Positions 57,321 to 64,000 of a stretch of 64,000 bases of DNA are shown piece by piece (the stretch's first letter is position 1; each line of letters starts with the position of its first letter). This DNA is from a virus, in the IMG/VR virus record IMGVR_UViG_3300023174_000075, positions 1 to 64,000 of that record; one strand, 5' to 3'. Below the pieces are notes generated by a model. It worked only from the letters and a program-made list of their open reading frames with translations. It did not search any database and had not been told where the DNA came from. The position numbers were made by a program, and so were the translations under genes.

Positions 57321-58337
57321 TTAAGTGTCATATTTGACAATAAATGTCATATCTGTGTCTGATGATAGAACTATTGGTTTAACTAATTTAGCAACCATTA
57401 ATAATTCATCTTCATCATTATATAAACCTATTGTTGTAACATATGGTTGAAATGCAGATCCAGTAGCAAAATCTTTAACTACACTATCAAATGATCCAGT
57501 TAATGTATAAAGATTACTACTTCCTGAAACTATAGAATTACTACCTGATATTAATGGTACAATACATTGTCCGCCATATTTTAATAAGGTTGGATTAAAT
57601 GATAAATTATAATCACTTTCTTTTACAATGCAGCGAACTTCATTTTCATATATAATATGTTCGTTTTGAAAGGAAATTGTTGTTATACCTGTTAATAAAT
57701 TTTGATAACTAGAACTTTGATTAGTTATTACTACTAATCCCTGAGCATAAAATATATTTCCAATAAAATTTACTCCTGCTGATAGACTACCAGTTAAGGT
57801 ATAATTTAGTGTTATGTAATTTAAATCAATGTATTGGTTTTGAGCTTGTATTATATCATATAAATTACCATTTCCATCATCCTTAATAAAAATGCCTGAG
57901 GATGAAATTTGAAAGCTAGCAGGTAATATTTTAGAACCATATATATTTTGATTAATACTCAATACTCCTATTGTTTCATTAGCCCCAGTAGGAAACTGTT
58001 TAATTAATAAAGGATTAATATTATAATTAAAATATGAAGCTGTTGGACGTTGTTGAGAAGCAGATTGATAAGTATCGGCATTAAACATCAATGACCCTGT
58101 ATCTAAACTACCAGTATATGATTGGTAGAACATATGGTTCATTTGACTATATATCAGTGACTGATACTGAGAGTTTGTTGTAGTGGAGTTTGATGAATTA
58201 AAAACTTCATTTTTACCAACATAATAAACAGCGTATTCATTATTTGGGGTTGTGGTATAAGGTAATACCCAACGCTTATTTGCAGCATAGGGTACTGTTG
58301 TTACATCAGCCTTGTTTAATTTTTTGAATGATGACAT
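57321..58337 (-). CDS. Baseplate / tail-fibre attachment protein
   Basis: DDGNGNL, GNIFY..G, C-terminal PYVTTIGLYND..ELL.VAKL..P. Confidence 0.65.
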   Translation of the reverse strand: MSSFKKLNKADVTTVPYAANKRWVLPYTTTPNNEYAVYYVGKNEVFNSSNSTTTNSQYQSLIYSQMNHMFYQSYTGSLDTGSLMFNADTYQSASQQRPTASYFNYNINPLLIKQFPTGANETIGVLSINQNIYGSKILPASFQISSSGIFIKDDGNGNLYDIIQAQNQYIDLNYITLNYTLTGSLSAGVNFIGNIFYAQGLVVITNQSSSYQNLLTGITTISFQNEHIIYENEVRCIVKESDYNLSFNPTLLKYGGQCIVPLISGSNSIVSGSSNLYTLTGSFDSVVKDFATGSAFQPYVTTIGLYNDEDELLMVAKLVKPIVLSSDTDMTFIVKYDT

Positions 58338-58340
58338 GCA

Positions 58341-59342
58341 TTAATAATCTAATTTGATCCTAATTAGAGCTTCTTTAGTGAAATCTTTTGTTAATGGTTT
58401 ACTTAATTTAGCTACAGCTAATAATTCATTATTATCATTATACATACCTACTGTTGTAACATATGTTTGAGGATTATCAATTAATGTAGTGTATAATAAA
58501 TTACCATTTGCATCTATAATAGATGGGTTTGTTGTATAATTAAATTCACTATTTTTAACACGTGTGAAAAAATAACGTGATGAAATTACTTCTGATGATT
58601 TTAATTGAAAACTACCTGATGTTGCGGCTGCTGATTGAGATATAGATTGCCATAATCTAAGATGATTATTTGATACTGTGGATGTTCCTAGAGAAGAAGC
58701 AGAGATATATGGAGTTAATGACCCAGAAGCATCTAATATAATAACTCCTAAATCAGGTAGCATCATACCATAATAAGTAGTTGCTGCACTACTTGTATAG
58801 GCATTACCATTACTACCACTAATAATATAATATACTCTATTTTCACCAATAAATCTAGTTAATGATGTTGTATTACTATCATCTGTTAAATTAATTCCTT
58901 TATAATTAGCACCACTGCCACTACTTAACGTTAAATTAAATGATCCTGGAGAGAATGATTGTTTGTATTGAGCTCTAGAAACATTAATTACATATATTTG
59001 TCTAGCAGTTGTAGTACCACCATCAAAACTAAAATTAGTATTTTCATCCCCATATACTAAATTTCTATATTGACCATATACAGTACGTGATGGAGAATAT
59101 CCAGGTACAGCAGCATTAATGGGTAAAGAACCAGATCCTGATATATGACCATATTGGATATCAAATTGAACGGATGCTGTTGTTGTGGTTGGATTACCTT
59201 GATATATATCTAAATAATATTCTGTGTATCCACTTCCTGTAAAAAATGTTGATAAAGTATTAATATCCCCAGCCCATAATCCACGAACTACGGTTTCTGA
59301 ACTTATTACTGAATCATCTGTTGCGTATCTTGAAAATGACAT
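58341..59342 (-). CDS. Baseplate / tail-fibre attachment protein (paralogue of 57321..58337)
   Basis: EFNY..NP, TYVTTVGMYND.NELLAVAKLSKP..K. Confidence 0.65.
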   Translation of the reverse strand: MSFSRYATDDSVISSETVVRGLWAGDINTLSTFFTGSGYTEYYLDIYQGNPTTTTASVQFDIQYGHISGSGSLPINAAVPGYSPSRTVYGQYRNLVYGDENTNFSFDGGTTTARQIYVINVSRAQYKQSFSPGSFNLTLSSGSGANYKGINLTDDSNTTSLTRFIGENRVYYIISGSNGNAYTSSAATTYYGMMLPDLGVIILDASGSLTPYISASSLGTSTVSNNHLRLWQSISQSAAATSGSFQLKSSEVISSRYFFTRVKNSEFNYTTNPSIIDANGNLLYTTLIDNPQTYVTTVGMYNDNNELLAVAKLSKPLTKDFTKEALIRIKLDY

Positions 59343-59360
59343 ATTATATTTTTATTTTAA

Positions 59361-60026
59361 TTAGGTTGTTGATACTTTTTGAATGTTAATAGGAATAGTA
59401 ATTCTAGCACCACTATCTCTACCAATTACAGTAATTGTTGTAGATAATGTAGTTAATGATGTACCAAATAATGTATTAACTGTTGTTCCAGTTAAAGTAA
59501 ATGATGTACCAATTGTTGATTTAGATAATACAGTACCTGTAGTAGTATTTAAATTTTGATTACCAACTGTAGTAGTAGTAATACCTGTACCTTGGAAAGA
59601 TGATACTAATCTAATATCAGTAATTGTGGCTACGTATCCGTTAGCTTCAAATGTACTTGTAGCACCCAAATAATTTAATGTTTGTGGTGTTAATGTTAAT
59701 GAAGCACCTTGTTTGAGGGTAATGATATTGTAACCCAAACTAATAACTGGTAGACGGGATGTACCACGTGGTAATGTTGTTAGTTTATAGCGCATTATTT
59801 GTGTATCATTAGGAAATGCTTGAATTACAGGCATATTCTCAATTGCTTCACCATAAAATGCTGATCCTGATGGGTGAGTTGGATTATACATTGTATAATC
59901 TACTTCATCATCAGCTAAAGAAAATTGTGTAATTTGAAAGGATCCGTCATTGCGAGCTAATAACTCACGACCTTTCGTAGTTAGAAGTGCATCTACTGTT
60001 ACCGTTGTAGGATTTAATATTGCCAT
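59361..60026 (-). CDS. Baseplate / tail-fibre-associated protein
   Basis: VDA.LT.KGRELLA......ITQF.L.DDEVDY. Confidence 0.65.
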   Translation of the reverse strand: MAILNPTTVTVDALLTTKGRELLARNDGSFQITQFSLADDEVDYTMYNPTHPSGSAFYGEAIENMPVIQAFPNDTQIMRYKLTTLPRGTSRLPVISLGYNIITLKQGASLTLTPQTLNYLGATSTFEANGYVATITDIRLVSSFQGTGITTTTVGNQNLNTTTGTVLSKSTIGTSFTLTGTTVNTLFGTSLTTLSTTITVIGRDSGARITIPINIQKVSTT

Positions 60027-60082
60027 TTTTTATTGTTTATTGTATATACTATAAATATGTGAAAAATTCAAATTTAATATAA

Positions 60083-61687
60083 TTAATTTACATTCACTGT
60101 CCAACCTTTACTTGCTAAAGAAGATGTTGTAATAAGTCCAGCTGCTGAGGGTGAGCTATTACCGGTTCCATTTAAAATTATTGTTCCATTATAGCTGCCG
60201 GCTACATTTAAATCATATAATATATTATCTACTGCTGTTTGAGATAATAAATTATTTTGAGCATTAAAATATAATAAATATGGAGATAAACTTCCTGTAG
60301 ATACTACTGTATATCCTGTTAAAGTATTATTATTGCATATAAAATATGCTAGTTGTTGATTATTTTGTAAAGTAGGAATACTACCAGTTAATGAATTGGT
60401 ACTTACATTAAAATAAGTTAATCCTGTACAGTCATTTAAACTTGGTATACTACCTGTTAAAGTATTATTATGTACATCAAAATATTTTAAATTATAACTT
60501 TTATTAAATTCAATAATAGATCCATTCAATAAATTATTATAGGCAATAAATGTTTGTAAAGCAAACGAGGATGATAATATAGGAATACTACCTGTTAATG
60601 AATTAAGACTAATATCTATACTTTGAATAGATCCTGTTGGTAATTTTAATAATATATCACTTATACTTCCTGTTAAATTTGTATTATTAAAAGTAAAACT
60701 TTGTAGATATTGACTACCTGTTAAATAAGGAATTTTACCACCTAAATTAGAATTAGTATTAAGATCTAAATTTATTATACTTGGTAAATTTGATAAATTA
60801 GGAAAAGTAGTTAATAATTCATCTATAAAATTAAGTGTAGTTAAGTTTGATAAATAAGAAGAGGTAAATGAATTTAAAACCTTACTACCAGTATGAGATA
60901 AAGTATTAATAGTACCTAAATTACCCCCATATAGATATATTGTACTTCCTGAACTTGAAACAGCTGAGGCAGTAATATTTAAAAAAGAATTCCATTGATT
61001 TAAACTACTTGTATTAGCAACGGGAAAATTTGGAGCCGTATATGTAAATGCTAAATAAGATTGAGCTTCGGTTAATGCATATATATTATATACATCTGTA
61101 ATATTAGATGATGAAAAGCTAGCTGTTAATGGAGAATTTGAGCTAGAAACATATGATGATGTTGTATTGGTTGATTGGTTAATGATTAATATGCTTGAAG
61201 TATAAAATAATCCGCTACCACTAATTAGTACAGTATAATTAGTATCTTTAATTAATGTTAAAGCTCCATTATTAAGAGATTGAGTTTGATATATACTAGA
61301 AGATACTAATGAAGAAGTATATATAGCAAATATATTATTTGAGGATGTTGTAAATATATCTGGGGTGAAATACCAATTAGTTATAAATGAAGATGTTTCC
61401 GCTGAAATTGGAGGAGATGGTAAAAGAACACCTAATGGAGATTGATTATAATATATTGTTGTATTCTCAGTAGGGAATGATGCTAAGATAGAACTTCCAC
61501 TTTTAACATATATTCTTAATTCACCTAAAGCTGAAATAAATGCTGAACCAGATGTTTCATAGGCACTAGCTGTTGTTTCTAATGTTATGTCAGAATAAAA
61601 TCTTTCACCAATAACATTACTATCTGATAGAATTGTTAATGAGGATGTAAAAGATCCAGATGATGGTATATAATATAAATTTATCAT
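60083..61687 (-). CDS. Ser/Thr-rich structural protein with plant-type leucine-rich repeats
   Basis: About 8 repeats of L..(L/F).(L/V)..N.LTGSIP. Confidence 0.8.
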   Translation of the reverse strand: MINLYYIPSSGSFTSSLTILSDSNVIGERFYSDITLETTASAYETSGSAFISALGELRIYVKSGSSILASFPTENTTIYYNQSPLGVLLPSPPISAETSSFITNWYFTPDIFTTSSNNIFAIYTSSLVSSSIYQTQSLNNGALTLIKDTNYTVLISGSGLFYTSSILIINQSTNTTSSYVSSSNSPLTASFSSSNITDVYNIYALTEAQSYLAFTYTAPNFPVANTSSLNQWNSFLNITASAVSSSGSTIYLYGGNLGTINTLSHTGSKVLNSFTSSYLSNLTTLNFIDELLTTFPNLSNLPSIINLDLNTNSNLGGKIPYLTGSQYLQSFTFNNTNLTGSISDILLKLPTGSIQSIDISLNSLTGSIPILSSSFALQTFIAYNNLLNGSIIEFNKSYNLKYFDVHNNTLTGSIPSLNDCTGLTYFNVSTNSLTGSIPTLQNNQQLAYFICNNNTLTGYTVVSTGSLSPYLLYFNAQNNLLSQTAVDNILYDLNVAGSYNGTIILNGTGNSSPSAAGLITTSSLASKGWTVNVN

Positions 61688-64000
61688 TATTGAGTAATAT
61701 TATTTTGATTAGATAAATCCACATTTAATTGTTGGAATATAGTGCCTATACTTGCTTTTATAGCATTATTAGCGTCTTGTGGTATTAAAATAGTTTGTGA
61801 TACATCACCTATAGATTTTTTAAAATTAATAATTATTGATGTTTCATCTGGTTTTGGGCGTAATATAGAAAAATTTTGACTTAATTGACTGCTAAATAAA
61901 GTTGATAATGGTTTGTCTAAATACGCTGTTGTTCGAAAAATACCTAATGCATAAGTATAATTAGTTAATACAGCGTTAGAATAAGATAATATATACCTAT
62001 CCCCCGCCCGAACTGTTGGGAGTACAGTATAGCCCCAGCTTCCAATTGTAGGGACAGTGGGAATATGACTTTGTATGGTTTGGTTTGGTGATACTTGTAT
62101 TTGAAGTACTGAAGGGTATTGAATTCCATCTGCTCCGTTAACTGCTACTGTTTTTATTAAAGGAGAAGAAGCTATTGTTAATGGGTTATTTACTCCATTT
62201 ATGTTTACAATAAATTGTTTTGATGTAGAACTCCAAATATTATTAAATAATAATGTATTTTGAGTTGAAACGGGTATTTGAAGTATACTAGCAAATCTAC
62301 TTGGTGAAGTACTAACTTGAAATGTACCTATAGTAACTGTTGGAATATTTTTTACTGTTATAGATGAATCAATTGAAGATGATATTACAGTATAATAGTC
62401 AGGATTAGGAGAAGATATTGATCCTATTCTTATTAGATCATATGGTTGTAACGGTAAAGTATCTATTACAGGTGAATAATAATTTTGAGTTGGTGTTGTT
62501 ATATCTGGAGTGAAAAGAGAAGATGTTGAAAAAATAGTTTGCATCTCTGGAGAGAAGGTAATTGTATTTTCTGTTGTTGTAAAAGACTCAAATATTTTAC
62601 TACCAGTAATAGCTAAATTATAATTATATAATATTTTGGGTGCTGCTTTATCTTGTATTTCAATATATGAGGGTTCAATATATTTTAATGAATTATTTAC
62701 ATTAAATTTAAGAGCAGATTCAATAAAGGTTTGAGTAGATGGTGGCTGTTGTGGTTTTCCTATTTCAAATTTACAACCTCTACCATATGTAAAAAATCGA
62801 TCCATATCCATTAAAACTATTCTAAATCTAAGAACTTCATTTTGAGCTAAAGATATTGTAGTACCTACTGCTCCGGTAGTATCATCAGTTAATTGAAGGA
62901 TTGCTATTCCTTTTAAAAGTGGAGTATCTATTTGATTATCAAATGAACCATTAGAAAAATTAGTAGGATCAAAATGTATAGTATTAAAATCCGAATTATA
63001 AGTCATACCGACTGATATTTCTCCTATTGTAGATATTTTAGTAGAAGCTTTATAAGTCCATGAATTTGGATCGGTAGGAGTTATTGAACCTTCTAAAAGT
63101 CCAAATATTTTAAATGTACATCCTTTACTTTGATGAAGGTATAACCAATTATCATTAGGATACTGTGTTGATAAACGTTGAAAAAATTCCAACCCAATAG
63201 AAACAGGTATATTTGCTTTTATAAAATATTGACTTGAAGGTCTAGGGGCTTTATATAGATATTGTCCTCCATCTGTTATATCTATATCCTCATTTAAATA
63301 ACCATCTTTATATGAAGTATTGTTGAATTTTAATAAATCAAAAAAATACGCAAACTTTGCAGTAGAATCTTGAGGTTTAAAATCTGCCCATTGTATTACA
63401 ACATTTGGGGTAAAAGCATATGGTGAAGGAGAGTATTTTGTTTTATTTTTTAATTGAAGCGTATTTTGATAAGTTGATGAAAATTGTGTTAAAGATAATT
63501 TTGTTGAAGCCATAGGAGAAGTAGTTTCTAATGTACCATTTCCCCACCATCCATTATAGTTTTTTGACCAACTCCATCCAAATGTATTATAATTAGCAGG
63601 TAAATCAGCAGGTGTTGTTGGTGTATTATGAGAAATACTGTTATTAGCTGGGGATTGGTTATTAAATATTGAGTCTCCACTATTAGCTCCTGTAAAGAAA
63701 TCTAAAGCGTATGATTTTAGCCCTGAAAAAGTATTGGTTGATGATCTAGGAGTAAGAGATAAAAAATTTAATACTTCATTATTTTCTCTAAATAAAATAG
63801 GATCATATGAGTATCCTCCCCTAAAAATAGTTTTAGTACCATCTAGTGTTTTTTGAAATGATGGTTTAGTAGCATCAGATAATGATAATACTACATTCTC
63901 TCCTGATTTAAATATATTTTGTACCTCTATTAAATTGTTATTTTTTAAAGTTAAATCAGTAATATTTAAATCTTTATCAACTAAATATTTTAATTGAATT
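61687..64000 (-). CDS. Large putative tail/baseplate structural protein (5' end lies beyond the window)
   Basis: Frame of the 61687..63513 ORF checked by hand and open to the window edge. Confidence 0.75.
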   Translation of the reverse strand, partial: IQLKYLVDKDLNITDLTLKNNNLIEVQNIFKSGENVVLSLSDATKPSFQKTLDGTKTIFRGGYSYDPILFRENNEVLNFLSLTPRSSTNTFSGLKSYALDFFTGANSGDSIFNNQSPANNSISHNTPTTPADLPANYNTFGWSWSKNYNGWWGNGTLETTSPMASTKLSLTQFSSTYQNTLQLKNKTKYSPSPYAFTPNVVIQWADFKPQDSTAKFAYFFDLLKFNNTSYKDGYLNEDIDITDGGQYLYKAPRPSSQYFIKANIPVSIGLEFFQRLSTQYPNDNWLYLHQSKGCTFKIFGLLEGSITPTDPNSWTYKASTKISTIGEISVGMTYNSDFNTIHFDPTNFSNGSFDNQIDTPLLKGIAILQLTDDTTGAVGTTISLAQNEVLRFRIVLMDMDRFFTYGRGCKFEIGKPQQPPSTQTFIESALKFNVNNSLKYIEPSYIEIQDKAAPKILYNYNLAITGSKIFESFTTTENTITFSPEMQTIFSTSSLFTPDITTPTQNYYSPVIDTLPLQPYDLIRIGSISSPNPDYYTVISSSIDSSITVKNIPTVTIGTFQVSTSPSRFASILQIPVSTQNTLLFNNIWSSTSKQFIVNINGVNNPLTIASSPLIKTVAVNGADGIQYPSVLQIQVSPNQTIQSHIPTVPTIGSWGYTVLPTVRAGDRYILSYSNAVLTNYTYALGIFRTTAYLDKPLSTLFSSQLSQNFSILRPKPDETSIIINFKKSIGDVSQTILIPQDANNAIKASIGTIFQQLNVDLSNQNNITQ

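Larger units (their letters stand above)
504..60058 (-). promoter_or_regulatory. Recurrent putative late-promoter motif ATATTTAT (about 24 copies just upstream of genes)
   Basis: Plus-strand (T/A)ATAAATAT at 504, 3326, 5414, 6460, 7461, 8036, 9812, 10645, 12947, 20632, 21350, 22120, 25039, 29721, 31645, 33274, 35346, 38277, 38843, 39511, 44261, 51884, 55127, 60050. Confidence 0.7.

Noticed and set aside
1-64000. Stop-codon reassignment as in some Bacteroidota phages
   Set aside because: Core genes are full length and coding density is near complete under the standard code
1-64000. CRISPR array, tRNA or rRNA genes, DGR
   Set aside because: No regularly spaced repeats, cloverleafs or reverse transcriptase seen; intergenic gaps are short

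Overview
A 64-kb, very AT-rich, almost fully coding segment of a large T4-like (contractile-tailed) phage genome. Every credible gene is on the minus strand; the plus-strand ORFs are antisense shadows. In transcription order (right to left) it holds: tail-fibre/baseplate genes, including a plant-type LRR protein; a GIY-YIG nuclease, primase and PD-(D/E)XK exonuclease; a ~22-kb accessory block of probable capsid-internal proteins; a FAD oxidoreductase invaded by a homing-endonuclease cassette; putative lysis genes; terminase, portal, prohead protease, scaffold and major capsid; PhoH; neck and tail-terminator genes; repeat-rich fibre proteins; sheath, tube, tail chaperone, tape measure and baseplate genes. 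The host is probably in Bacteroidota (almost no Shine-Dalgarno motifs, TTTG-N19-TAnnTT promoters, a Gln-ending signal peptide). Most notable observations: (1) nine unrelated proteins, including enzymes, plus one near-match share a 10-residue leader MIKLxx(I/L)Lx(E/D) resembling the T4 capsid-targeting sequence, and a second tag, R(F/M)Q(K/Q)LA(G/N)(I/L), is shared with the scaffold C-terminus, suggesting a tag-and-package payload system; (2) a homing-endonuclease cassette appears to have replaced its host gene's 3' end with an almost fully synonymously recoded copy; (3) a probable +1/-2 frameshift at a U7 run in the tail chaperone; (4) an ATATTTAT motif, essentially the reverse complement of the T4 late promoter, just upstream of ~24 genes. 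All product names come from motif recognition by eye, not database searches.
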